The translations under genes were made by a program, and so were the position numbers. Shown piece by piece: positions 37,360 to 47,343 of a stretch of 64,000 nt of DNA (position 1 is the stretch's first letter; every line of letters starts with the position of its first letter). The notes beneath the pieces are model-generated. The model saw only the letters and a list, made by a program, of their open reading frames with translations, did no database searches and had not been told where the DNA came from. The stretch comes from Candidatus Marinacidobacterales bacterium (GTDB taxonomy: Bacteria; Acidobacteriota; Vicinamibacteria; Marinacidobacterales; SMYC01), in contig OZ250169.1 of the NCBI GenBank assembly GCA_965237955.1, positions 4,800,001 to 4,864,000 of the forward strand, written 5' to 3'.

Positions 37360-37627
37360 ATGAAGAAACTGGATATATTCAATCACATTTTTCCGAAGCA
37401 GTTCTACGAGCTGATGCTGGAAGTCGCACCGAAACAGGAGGACATGGGCAAACGGGTGCGCGGGGTTCCGATGCTCTACGACCTGGACGAGCGCTTCCGC
37501 GTCATGGACCTATATCCGCCAGACCATCGAGATCGTCGACGGTCTCGACATCTCCGATGAAGACCGCGGAAAGATCTACCGGAAAAACGCGCTGAAACTG
37601 CTCAAGCTGAACGGCTCTCTTAGCTGA
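37360..37627 (+). pseudogene. Amidohydrolase-2 gene with internal deletion
   Basis: N-terminus MKKLDIFNHIFP...RVMD joined near 37510 (frame change) to C-terminus YIRQTIEIVDGLDISDEDRGKIYRKNALKLLKL. Confidence 0.7.
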
Positions 37628-37628
37628 G

Positions 37629-38515
37629 CTACGCGGCGTCGACGGCGGGTTTCAATACCTCGGCCGCGAAGCGGCGGAGACCGGTGGGAGTCGTCGTTGC
37701 TGGCGAGCGCGGCTGTTCGGCAACGATGCGTCCTTCGCGCATCGCGGTGAACATCTCCGCGTACATCGCCACCACGAAATCCGGTAGCCCGGTGGCGAGC
37801 ATGCCTTCTCTCGCTTGATCGATGGTGACCTCGATCAAGTTGACGGGTTTTTCGATACCCTCTCCGATGAGCTCGGCGGCATCCGTCGGCGTCAGATCCC
37901 GCGGGCCGTGAAGCTCGTGCACTTTCTGACCTGACCAGTCGGCGCCAAGGAGATAAGTGGCGGCGACGTCGCCGACGTCACTCGTCGCGATCGTGGCCAT
38001 AGGGGCGTTTTTCGGCAGGGGTGAGTATATCGAGCCTTCGGATGCGATCGTGGCGACGTCGGCGAGGTGGTTCTCCATGAACGAGCCCGGTCGTAAATGG
38101 ACGACGTTCGGCATCGCCTCGCTAAAAATGCTTTCGACCTCGCCCAGAGATGCGATGAGACCGGTGTTGGCGCCCGCGTGCGCGCCGATGCTCGAGATGT
38201 TGACCACGCGCGCTCCACTTTCGCGCTCGCCATGGCCTGGGCGGCCTTCTGGGCCGTTTCTCTTACCCAAGCGGCGTAGTCCGGACGGTAAGCCGGCGGT
38301 GTGAGCCAGAAAACAGTTTCGGCGCCGTCGAAAGCCTTCGCGAGCGCGACCGCATCGTCGGTGGAGCCGATCACGAGGCTCGCTCCGCGGGACGTGAGGT
38401 CGGTCACCTTGTTCGGATTGCGGCTGATGATGCGGACGGGTACGCCCGAGTCGAGCAGGCGCTCTGCAGTTCGTCGCCCGATATTCCCGTTCGGTGTGTT
38501 GATGACGATGGTCAT
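37629..38515 (-). pseudogene. NmrA-like NAD(P)-binding protein, frameshifted
   Basis: TPNGNIG N-terminal half and LRPGSFMEN C-terminal half are in different frames; an extra CG in the run at 38207-38213. Confidence 0.75.
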
Positions 38516-38615
38516 GGGCTCACCTTGCTTTTAGAACCACTGCGGGCTCACATTTTTCCTTCGGGCGAAAGCTCACGATACCAGAAATCGACTGGCTTCT
38601 GCTAGGATTCCGGCT

Positions 38616-40253
38616 ATGCAACGACGAGCGTGGGGTTTCGGTATGGTCTGGGTTTTCGCCGGTACGTGGGCGTGTGCGCCTACGGGCGACGATACACGAG
38701 CGCCGGCGGGCGGATTCAGCACCGACCTGCTCAGGTCGCACATCGAGGTCCTGTCCTCGGACGATTTCGGCGGACGAGCGCCCGGCTCTCCCGGAGAGGA
38801 AAAAACCGTCGCCTACCTCACCGAAGCATTCCGCTCCTACGGCTTGAAACCGGGAAACCCGGACGGGACCTACGTACAGCGGGTCCCTCTCGTTGGCATC
38901 ACCGCCACGGACGGAAGCCATCTTTCTATCGTCCGCGGTCGTCAACAAGAGGAGCTCACCCAGGGGCTCGGCTACGTCGCGTGGACGAAACGAGTCGTCG
39001 AGGGAGTCGATGTCGACGCCGAGCTCGTGTTCGTCGGCTACGGCGTTGTCGCGCCCGAGTACGACTGGGACGACTACAAGGACGTCGACGTCGAAGGCAA
39101 GGTGCTCGTCATGCTCGTCAACGACCCGCCTATCGAGTCTGGGTTCGGCGGCGATGCGATGACCTACTATGGGCGCTGGACCTACAAGTATGAGATCGCT
39201 GCAGAAAAAGGTGCGGCCGGCGCGTTCATCGTTCACGAGACCGTTCCGGCGGGTTATCCATGGGAAGTCGTGAGTGGAAGTTGGATGGGCGAATCCTTCG
39301 ACCTCGAAACACCGGACAAGAACATGGGCCGGGTTCCCGTCGAAGGCTGGTTCTCGCTGAGCGCTGCACGGGCGCTCTTCGAGGGAGCTGGTCTCGATTA
39401 CGAAGAGCAAAAGCAAGCCGCCGCCGACCGATCGTTCCACCCGGTGTCACTGGGAACGCGGATGAAGGCGACGATCGAGAACGAGCTGAGGAACGTCTCG
39501 TCAGCCAACGTGATCGCGAAGCTCGAAGGCACTGAGACTGAGGCCGCCGCGCCGGACGAGACGGTCCTCTACCTCGCCCATTGGGACCACCTCGGGACTC
39601 AAGAGTCCATGGAAGGCGACAACATCTTCAACGGCGCCTACGACAACGCGACCGGAGTCGCCGGGCTTTTGGAGCTGGCACGGGTTTTCAGCGAGTTGGA
39701 TCCGACTCCGCGACGCAGTATTTTGTTCCTCGCCGTGACCGCTGAGGAGCAAGGGCTCCTCGGCTCACGCTACTACGCTGAGAATCCGTTGTACCCTGCC
39801 GCCAAGACCGTCGCTGCCATCAACATGGACGGCCTCAATATTTGGGGCCGGACGACAGACGTCACTGTCGTCGGAATGGGGCAATCGAGCCTCGACGATC
39901 TCGCGAGAGAGATCGCCGGCCGGCAGGGCCGCACGCTGCTCCCCGATCCCGAGCCCGAGAAGGGCTATTACTACCGCTCGGACCACTTCGAGCTCGCGAA
40001 AGTCGGCATCCCGGCGTTTTACGCCGACATCGGCGTCACGTTCGAAGGTAGGCCCAAAGGCTGGGGCGAGCGCCAGCGCGATATCTACACCGCCGAGGAC
40101 TACCACAAGCCTTCGGACGAGATTAAAGACTGGTACGAGCTCTCGGGAATGGTGCAAGACCTCGACCTCTTCCACGGAATGGGCTTGCAACTAGCGACAA
40201 CCGATGCCTGGCCCAAGTGGAGCGAAACCAGCGAGTTTCGGTCGAAAAGATAG
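38616..40253 (+). CDS. M28 family peptidase with PA domain (probable lipoprotein)
   Basis: AHWDHLG, GAYDNATG, AEEQGLLGS, NMDG, RSDH, YHKPSD. Confidence 0.9.
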   Translation: MQRRAWGFGMVWVFAGTWACAPTGDDTRAPAGGFSTDLLRSHIEVLSSDDFGGRAPGSPGEEKTVAYLTEAFRSYGLKPGNPDGTYVQRVPLVGITATDGSHLSIVRGRQQEELTQGLGYVAWTKRVVEGVDVDAELVFVGYGVVAPEYDWDDYKDVDVEGKVLVMLVNDPPIESGFGGDAMTYYGRWTYKYEIAAEKGAAGAFIVHETVPAGYPWEVVSGSWMGESFDLETPDKNMGRVPVEGWFSLSAARALFEGAGLDYEEQKQAAADRSFHPVSLGTRMKATIENELRNVSSANVIAKLEGTETEAAAPDETVLYLAHWDHLGTQESMEGDNIFNGAYDNATGVAGLLELARVFSELDPTPRRSILFLAVTAEEQGLLGSRYYAENPLYPAAKTVAAINMDGLNIWGRTTDVTVVGMGQSSLDDLAREIAGRQGRTLLPDPEPEKGYYYRSDHFELAKVGIPAFYADIGVTFEGRPKGWGERQRDIYTAEDYHKPSDEIKDWYELSGMVQDLDLFHGMGLQLATTDAWPKWSETSEFRSKR

Positions 40254-40323
40254 TTTTCTTACCACGGATTTCACGCTTCCCCCTCACCTGTCCCCTTTTT
40301 CTAGTTCACGCGTCGAGCTCTCG

Positions 40324-41790
40324 CTACGCTTCGATGAACTTCCGCACGTGCTCGGAATCCATGGGTTGAGTCAGGAGCGATACCGTTACGAGGGCGATGA
40401 GATGTGCGCCAATTCCCCAGATGCCGGGGTGGATGCCTTGCCACTGGAGCGATGGCACGAGATTCCAGAGCACCACGACGCCGCATCCCGCGAGAAGGCC
40501 GGCAAGAATCCCCTGGGGCGTAGAGCGCTTCCAATAGAAGGCGGCGATCAGCGCGGGGAAGATTTGCGCGATGAACCCGTAGGACAGAAGCAGTAGGTAC
40601 ACGAGAGAAAAACTCGACGCCACAGCGAAATAGTATGCGACGAGGCCGATGACGACGACGGAGAGTCGGATGAGACGGGTCTCTTGGTACCCATCGAGCT
40701 TCTCGCGACGCATCACCCCGTAGAAATCCTTGACCATGACCGAGCCTGCCGCGTGTACGATCGCGTCGCCCGACGACATCGATGCGGCGAGCGCGCCCGC
40801 GCAGAAAAAGCCCACCGCGACAGCAGGAAGCCCCATCGACGTCACGATCGTCGGGAGAATCGTGTCGACGGGCGTCACGTCGGGAAACGCCGTCACCCCG
40901 GCGAAACCGATGAACATGATTGGGATCAGAAAAATCTGGAACGTCGGGTAGAACACGATCATCCGCTTGAGGCTCCTGATGTCCCGGGCGGTGTAGATTT
41001 TCATGAAGTAGTGCGGCCACACGCTGAACCCCAGGACCGAGATCGCGATCGAGCTCGAATAGCCGCCCCACGTCCAGGGGTTGCCGGAGGCGTCGAGCCC
41101 CGGAGCGCGCAGCATGTCGGGCGCCACCCGAGCGAGCTCTTCGAACATCGGCCCGACCCCGCCATGAAGCTTGTAGGGAAGGTAGAGCCCGAGCACCCAC
41201 GCTAGCGTGAGCATCAGGATTCCCTGGAACGTATTGGTCCACGCGATGCCCATCACGCCGCTCTTGAAGACGTAGATCATGACTACGCCGTACGCGATCG
41301 CGGCGCCGCCCCACATCGGAATCCGTCCCTCGGTGACGACCGAGAACACGTAGCCCGCACCCTGCATCTGCAGAATCAAGTAAGGCACGAAGGCGACGAG
41401 GCTGATGAGCGCGAGAATTGCCGAGATATAGGAGCTCTGATAACGGTCGGCGAAAAGCTCTGCCTGGGTGACGTAGCCGCGCTGTCTCCCGAGACGCGCG
41501 ATGCGCGGTCCGAGAAAATACCACGGTAGTAGACCTATTGTGCCGTAGGCGATGATGTAGAACGCCGCCGCGCCCCGTGAGTACGCCCAGCCCGGTCCGC
41601 CGAGAAACGCGAACGCGCTGTAGATCGAAGCCCCGAGGATGAAATAGAGAACGACGAAACCGAGGTTGCGGTCACCGGCGACGTAGCCCTCGGTGCTCGA
41701 CGTGGCTTTGCGCCCCGAGAGCAAGCCGACCGCGAGCGAGAGCGCGAGATACCCGATGGTAACGAGGAAAACGACGAGCCAGTCTTCCAT
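40324..41790 (-). CDS. Sodium:solute symporter
   Basis: YSAFAFLGGPGWAY, ADRY, ALAASMSS; about 13 TM segments. Confidence 0.88.
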   Translation of the reverse strand: MEDWLVVFLVTIGYLALSLAVGLLSGRKATSSTEGYVAGDRNLGFVVLYFILGASIYSAFAFLGGPGWAYSRGAAAFYIIAYGTIGLLPWYFLGPRIARLGRQRGYVTQAELFADRYQSSYISAILALISLVAFVPYLILQMQGAGYVFSVVTEGRIPMWGGAAIAYGVVMIYVFKSGVMGIAWTNTFQGILMLTLAWVLGLYLPYKLHGGVGPMFEELARVAPDMLRAPGLDASGNPWTWGGYSSSIAISVLGFSVWPHYFMKIYTARDIRSLKRMIVFYPTFQIFLIPIMFIGFAGVTAFPDVTPVDTILPTIVTSMGLPAVAVGFFCAGALAASMSSGDAIVHAAGSVMVKDFYGVMRREKLDGYQETRLIRLSVVVIGLVAYYFAVASSFSLVYLLLLSYGFIAQIFPALIAAFYWKRSTPQGILAGLLAGCGVVVLWNLVPSLQWQGIHPGIWGIGAHLIALVTVSLLTQPMDSEHVRKFIEA

Positions 41791-42011
41791 CAGCCGAGCC
41801 GGCCGTTCCGATCTTCCCAGAGGAACAGACCGAGCATCACGGAAAACACGGTCGCGATCACGATGACGAGATAGAAGAGCGACATCGGCATCCCGAGCAC
41901 CATGGGGTAGATGTCGCTGAACCAGGAGTAGACCGGCCAGAGCACGGCAACGAAGGCGGCCACACAGAACCAGGCCACGTAACCTGCGGGTTTGGAAACC
42001 TCCGGCCTCAC
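41790..42011 (-). CDS. Small two-TM symporter accessory protein (DUF3311-like)
   Basis: 73 aa, P.VLGMP motif, overlaps the symporter start. Confidence 0.65.
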   Translation of the reverse strand: MRPEVSKPAGYVAWFCVAAFVAVLWPVYSWFSDIYPMVLGMPMSLFYLVIVIATVFSVMLGLFLWEDRNGRLG

Positions 42012-42024
42012 GGTGCCGGGGATT

Positions 42025-42795
42025 CTACTTCGGAACGAGCTCGATCTCGAAGAGCTTGGGCCAGAGCTTGCCGGTGACGAACAGGCGTTTTCCGGCTTCG
42101 TCCCACGCGATCCCGTTCAAGACGTCTTCCTGTCCGCTGCGTTTTTCGAGAATTCCGGTGAGGTCGATCCACGACAGCACTTTCCCGGTCTCGGGCGAGA
42201 TGCGGGCGATGCGCTCTTGCATCCAGATGTTGGCGTAGATCTCGTCATCGATGTACTCGAGCTCGTTGAGGTTTTCGACGCGGACACCGCCGTCACGCAC
42301 GGTGAGCTGGCGCGTCTCCATGAGGGTATCCGGATTCCAAAAATAGAGCGTCGACGATCCATCGCTCACGATGAGGCTCTCGCCGTCTTGGGTCATTCCC
42401 CAGCCCTCGAGCCCGTAGCGGAACTCGCGCACGAGCTTCATCGACTCGCGCTCGTACACGAAGCCGACCCCGGAGGTCCACGTCAGCTGATAAATCCGAT
42501 CGTCGAGAATCGCGATGCCTTCCGCGAAGTAGGGCAGTAAGAGTGCACGGCGCTCGAGAACCCGCCCGCTCTCGAGCTCGACCCGCCTCAGATCGGAGTG
42601 CCCCCGAAGTCCAGTGCTCTCATACAAAACACCGTCCTGGTAGACGATTCCCTGCGTGAAGGCCCGCCGATCGTGAGGGTACGTGTTCACGACCTTGTAC
42701 GAGTAAACCGGTGTCGGCTCGTCAGCAGTGGCACTGAACCCGATAGGCGCCATGGTAAGCACTGAGACTGACACGAACATAACTCGTCGGAGCAT
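42025..42795 (-). CDS. Glutaminyl-peptide cyclotransferase (type I, beta-propeller)
   Basis: YPHDRRAFTQG, ESTG, FAEG, EGWG, LNELE, VLNGIA, VTGKLWP. Confidence 0.9.
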   Translation of the reverse strand: MLRRVMFVSVSVLTMAPIGFSATADEPTPVYSYKVVNTYPHDRRAFTQGIVYQDGVLYESTGLRGHSDLRRVELESGRVLERRALLLPYFAEGIAILDDRIYQLTWTSGVGFVYERESMKLVREFRYGLEGWGMTQDGESLIVSDGSSTLYFWNPDTLMETRQLTVRDGGVRVENLNELEYIDDEIYANIWMQERIARISPETGKVLSWIDLTGILEKRSGQEDVLNGIAWDEAGKRLFVTGKLWPKLFEIELVPK

Positions 42796-43055
42796 GATTG
42801 ACTATATCTAATGATAGCCAAAATTGGGTAGTTAGCGCAGCCGGGTAGAATGATAACAACCATTACTCACATTGTAGGAACTCAAGCGGGTCGCGGGGAC
42901 TCGTTCACGGGACATCTACACCTTCTACCGTTATTATATCCGTAGGAACGAGCCCGCAAAACTACTCCACTCCGCGATATTCGAGATGTCTCACGATCGC
43001 GTGTTATAATTTCTGCAATCCAAACTGGAACCCAAACAACTCACGCGCCTTCGCG

Positions 43056-44945
43056 GTGGCGTCGCGGAACCCTATGCCCTCGAAGATCCTTGTCGCCTTT
43101 CTCTGGCACGCACTCGGTGCGTGTCTTCTGCTTTTGATCGGAAGTCTTGCGATCGATGCTCCTTTTTGGGTCCCGGGAGCCGGTCGCCGCACCCTCACCA
43201 TCCTGGTGATGGGATATCTCGCAACTGCCGTGGTTTCAACCACCGCCCTGGTGCGCGACGCCACGCCCCGTCGTTTCGCCACGCCTGCCCTGGGCATTTT
43301 CGTCTTCGTGTTTTTCTGGCTCCTCGTGTCTCCATCTCCGTACTCGCGAGAGGCCATAGCGAGCACGGTCCCCCTGGCGATGACGCTTGTCTTTGGTGGC
43401 ACGCGGGTACATCGCTTCTGGCGTCTCGGGATCCAGCTCCTTTTCATCATGGTTTCTGGAGTCGCGGTTCGGAATCTGATCGTACGCCTCCGCCCCAACC
43501 CCACCGTGACTCGGGAGGTCGCACGAACCGGATTCACGAATGTGGTGGTGACTCAACACTCCGGCTATATCGACAACGTTCGAGTGATGGGAGGTGGCGT
43601 GACGCGTCTTGGAGACGGAGTGCTCCTCGCGACGGGCGACGGTCGCGTGTTTCACGTCGATTGGCCGATGAACGACGAATCTCTCGTCGCAGCGCCTCTA
43701 GACCTACGCATCCCGTTGAACGCGGCCGCGTTTTCCGAGGCCGCGTCCGAAGGCATACGAACCAACGACTTCCGCGCAACCGGCATACTGGCGCAAGAGA
43801 CGGTTGACGGTGTACGTCTTTTCGCGTCGCATCACTACTGGAATACCGAGGAGAGGTGCTACGTCCTCCGGGTCTCGACGTTGACGAGCTCGGTCGAGAC
43901 GCTCCTCGCCGAGGGCGCGCAGGCTTCCTGGGAACCCCTGTTCGATTCCAAGCCGTGTCTGCCGCTCGAAACCGCGCGCGGGCCTTTCTTTGCAGGGAAC
44001 TTGAGCGGCGGAAAGATGGCCATGCTCGACACCGACACCTTGTTGCTCTCGGTCGGCGATCACGGCTACGACGGATGGAATACGGATGAGGCTTTGTCTC
44101 AGAATCCGTCGACGTCGTACGGTAAGACAGTCCGCATTCGACTACCGGGTGGTGACGACGACGTCTTCACCGTCGGCCACCGCAATCCCCAAGGCCTCCA
44201 TGTCGACGCGAACGGCCACGTTTGGCTGACCGAGCACGGCCCCCAAGGCGGCGATGAGCTCAATCTCGTCGAGCACGGCCAGAACTATGGCTGGCCTTGG
44301 GTGACCTACGGAACGAACTATGGAAGTGTCGTTTGGCCACTGAACGAGAACCAAGGTGAGCACCTCGGATTCGTATCACCGGTCTTTTCGTGGGTCCCCT
44401 CTATTGGCATCACTTCCGTCATCCGCGTGGAGCAGCCGCGGTTTCCCACGTGGCGTGGCGATTTGTTAGTTGGCTCTCTCGCAGGCACAACGGTATTCCG
44501 GGTGCGGATCCGACAGGGCCGGGTGGTGTTCGTCGAGCCCATCCCCATTGGACGACGCGTCAGAGACTTCGTAGAAACCTCGAGTGGACGCATCGTGCTC
44601 TGGTTGGATGGAGGAATCGTGGGTCTTCTCGAGGCGGCGCCTCTAGACGGGGGCGAGATGCTCTTTCTCACCCGATGCGGCGGATGTCACGGCGATGGAA
44701 GCGGACCGTCTGCCGGAATCGGGCCGGATTTGAATGGGATTGTCGGAGGGGCGATGGGCACGGCATCGGGCTTTCACTATTCGGATGCATTCAAAGAACA
44801 GGACGCGCGTTGGAGCGAGCGACGGCTGGACGCTTTTCTCGCCGATCCCGTTGGTCAGGTCCCGGGGACGAGCATGCGGACCGGTGCCGTCGAAAACCCC
44901 GTTGAGCGTGCGGCGATTATCGAGCACCTCAAAACGCTTCATTGA
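43056..44945 (+). CDS. PQQ-dependent sugar dehydrogenase (GSDH/Asd) with N-terminal TM domain and C-terminal cytochrome c
   Basis: GHRNPQG, EHGPQGGDELN, NYGWP, RVRD; CGGCH haem motif and PGTSM. Confidence 0.82.
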   Translation: MASRNPMPSKILVAFLWHALGACLLLLIGSLAIDAPFWVPGAGRRTLTILVMGYLATAVVSTTALVRDATPRRFATPALGIFVFVFFWLLVSPSPYSREAIASTVPLAMTLVFGGTRVHRFWRLGIQLLFIMVSGVAVRNLIVRLRPNPTVTREVARTGFTNVVVTQHSGYIDNVRVMGGGVTRLGDGVLLATGDGRVFHVDWPMNDESLVAAPLDLRIPLNAAAFSEAASEGIRTNDFRATGILAQETVDGVRLFASHHYWNTEERCYVLRVSTLTSSVETLLAEGAQASWEPLFDSKPCLPLETARGPFFAGNLSGGKMAMLDTDTLLLSVGDHGYDGWNTDEALSQNPSTSYGKTVRIRLPGGDDDVFTVGHRNPQGLHVDANGHVWLTEHGPQGGDELNLVEHGQNYGWPWVTYGTNYGSVVWPLNENQGEHLGFVSPVFSWVPSIGITSVIRVEQPRFPTWRGDLLVGSLAGTTVFRVRIRQGRVVFVEPIPIGRRVRDFVETSSGRIVLWLDGGIVGLLEAAPLDGGEMLFLTRCGGCHGDGSGPSAGIGPDLNGIVGGAMGTASGFHYSDAFKEQDARWSERRLDAFLADPVGQVPGTSMRTGAVENPVERAAIIEHLKTLH

Positions 44946-45025
44946 GGCCGGCTCCCCCAAACGTTCCATCAAACTTTGACCGGCACCGATTCCAATCACA
45001 ACTCAGCTTTGTCACAATGGCGGGC

Positions 45026-46330
45026 ATGAATCTGGATGCGCTTTTCAAAGCTCACGTTGCCGAGCGGCAGCAGAAGCTCGCCAAAGCCCTGGAAGCGACG
45101 GAGCTCGACACTCTCGTCGTTTCGAGCGGCTCGCCGTTCACCTACTTCGCGGACGACCAGGACGCGCCGTTTCACTCCGCCGATCACTTCTCCCATTGGT
45201 GCCCTCTCGAAGGCCCTCACCACGTGCTGGTGCTCGAGCCCGGCGAACGTCCGCGACTCGTCCGTTACGCTCCCGAGGACTACTGGTACGAGCCCGCGAC
45301 GCTAGGCAGTCCCTTCTGGCTCTCCGAGCTCGACCTCGAAGAGGCGGGGACGGTCGATGCCGTGTGGGAAGTGCTCGGCCAGCTGAAAAACGCTGCCTAT
45401 GTCGGCAACGAGACCACGCACGCGGAGGCGGCCGGTCTATCCGTCAACCCCGAAAAGCTCGTGGTGCGGCTCGACTGGGATCGGGGCTACAAGTCCGACT
45501 ACGAGCTCCAATGCCTCGACGAAGCGAGCGAGCTCGGCGCGAAGGGGCACGTTGCGGCGAAAGCAGCGTTCGAGTCCGGCGCTTCGGAGCTGGATATTCA
45601 CTATGCGTTCGTGCAAGCGCTCGCTCAGACGGATGCCGAGCTGCCGTACCCCACGATCGTCGCGCTGAACGAGAAAGCTGCGTTTCTGCACTACGAGACC
45701 AAGCGCACAATGGGTAACGGGAAGGTGCTCCTCATCGATGCCGGTGGCGAAGTGCGTGGGTATGCCTCGGACATCACCAGGACTCATGTCGCGAGCGACT
45801 GTGACCCGCGCTTCGTCAGATTGCGCGACGGGATGGACGCGTTGCAGCAAGAGCTCTGTGCCGCGGTCAAGCCCGGGCTTCCCTACGGTGAGCTGCACCA
45901 CGAAGCGCACCTGAAGATCGCTGCGCTGCTGCAAAAGAGCGATATCGTTCGTGCGGATCCTGAGGAATCGGTGAGCCTCGGTTTGAGCCGGCCGTTTTTC
46001 CCCCACGGGCTCGGCCACCATCTCGGACTCCAGGTGCACGACGTCGGCGGCCATCTTGCCGACGCGAGCGGTGCGAAAGCGCCGCCACCGGAGCTACACC
46101 CCCACCTCAGAAACACGAGGACCATCGAGCCGGGTCACGTCTTTACCGTCGAGCCCGGTCTCTACTTCATCGAGATGCTGCTGCGAGAGTTCCGAGACGG
46201 CGAGCACGCGGAGCGCTTCAATTGGAGCCTCATTGACGAGCTCGCCCCTTTGGGAGGGATCCGCATCGAAGACAACGTCGTAGTGACGCAAGATGGGCAT
46301 CGCAACCTGACGCGTTCCTATCTACCGTGA
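45026..46330 (+). CDS. pepQ: Xaa-Pro dipeptidase (prolidase)
   Basis: LIDAG, YASDITRT, PHGLGHHLGLQVHDVGG, TVEPGLYF, GGIRIEDN. Confidence 0.9.
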   Translation: MNLDALFKAHVAERQQKLAKALEATELDTLVVSSGSPFTYFADDQDAPFHSADHFSHWCPLEGPHHVLVLEPGERPRLVRYAPEDYWYEPATLGSPFWLSELDLEEAGTVDAVWEVLGQLKNAAYVGNETTHAEAAGLSVNPEKLVVRLDWDRGYKSDYELQCLDEASELGAKGHVAAKAAFESGASELDIHYAFVQALAQTDAELPYPTIVALNEKAAFLHYETKRTMGNGKVLLIDAGGEVRGYASDITRTHVASDCDPRFVRLRDGMDALQQELCAAVKPGLPYGELHHEAHLKIAALLQKSDIVRADPEESVSLGLSRPFFPHGLGHHLGLQVHDVGGHLADASGAKAPPPELHPHLRNTRTIEPGHVFTVEPGLYFIEMLLREFRDGEHAERFNWSLIDELAPLGGIRIEDNVVVTQDGHRNLTRSYLP

Positions 46331-46455
46331 ACGCTTCTACGCTTCACCGTGCACTAGCGCCCCGCTAGAATCTCCTTTACTGACGCCAGTTCTACCCGGA
46401 GTGGCGCAACCCATCCTGGGTGGCGCTATACTGACGTACAGGAGAAGCAGGTTCG

Positions 46456-47337
46456 ATGTCCGAGGAGATCTCAGCGGCGTTTCCGTTCGAATCGAAATTC
46501 CTCGAAGTTCGGGGCTCGAAGATGCACTACGTGGAGCAGGGGGAGGGCGACCCCATTCTGTTCCTGCACGGCAATCCAACGTCTTCATATTTGTGGCGCA
46601 ACGTCATCCCGCACATGAGCGGGCACGGCCGGTGTATCGCGCCGGACCTCATCGGGATGGGTAAATCCGACAAGCCCGATCTCGAATACAGGTTTTTCGA
46701 GCACGCGAACTACGTCGAGGACTTCATCGACGCCCTCGGGCTTTCGAATATCACCCTCGTCATCCACGACTGGGGCTCGGGGCTCGGCTTCCATTACGCC
46801 GCGCTCCAACCGGACAGGATCAAAGCCATTGCGTTCATGGAAGCGATCGTCCTGCCAGTGCCGAGCTGGGACACGTTCTCGAGCGATTTCAAAGAGATCT
46901 TTCAGTCCTTCCGTACCGAAAAAGTCGGATGGGACCTGATCGTCAACAAGAACTTCTTCGTCGAGAAGATTCTCCCGAGCGGCGTCGTGCGCGAGCTGAC
47001 CGAAGAAGAGATGAACGTTTACCGCGAGCCTTATCTCGAACCGGAAACGCGCAAGCCACTCTGGCGCTGGCCGAACGAGATCCCGATCGAAGGCGAGCCG
47101 TCTGACGTCAACGAGGCCGTCCTCAAATACAACGCCAAGCTCGTCGAGTGGGACATTCCCAAATTGTTGTTCTACGCCGAGCCCGGCGCAATCCTTCCGA
47201 AGCCCGCCGTCGAATGGTGTGAGGTCAACCTCAAGAACTTGACGAGCATCAACCTCGGCAAGGGACGCCACTACTTGCAGGAAGACCATCCCCACGCGAT
47301 CGGCGAGGGTATTGCCGAGTGGTATCGGGGACTCTGA
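46456..47337 (+). CDS. dhaA: Haloalkane dehalogenase (HLD-II type)
   Basis: LHGNPTSSYLWRN, IHDWGS, FMEA, WPNEIP, HYLQED. Confidence 0.85.
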   Translation: MSEEISAAFPFESKFLEVRGSKMHYVEQGEGDPILFLHGNPTSSYLWRNVIPHMSGHGRCIAPDLIGMGKSDKPDLEYRFFEHANYVEDFIDALGLSNITLVIHDWGSGLGFHYAALQPDRIKAIAFMEAIVLPVPSWDTFSSDFKEIFQSFRTEKVGWDLIVNKNFFVEKILPSGVVRELTEEEMNVYREPYLEPETRKPLWRWPNEIPIEGEPSDVNEAVLKYNAKLVEWDIPKLLFYAEPGAILPKPAVEWCEVNLKNLTSINLGKGRHYLQEDHPHAIGEGIAEWYRGL

Positions 47338-47343
47338 CGACCT

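Noticed and set aside
42848-42866. Possible Fur box (gaatgataacaaccattac)
   Set aside because: Half-site spacing is wrong and the flanking genes are not iron-related.
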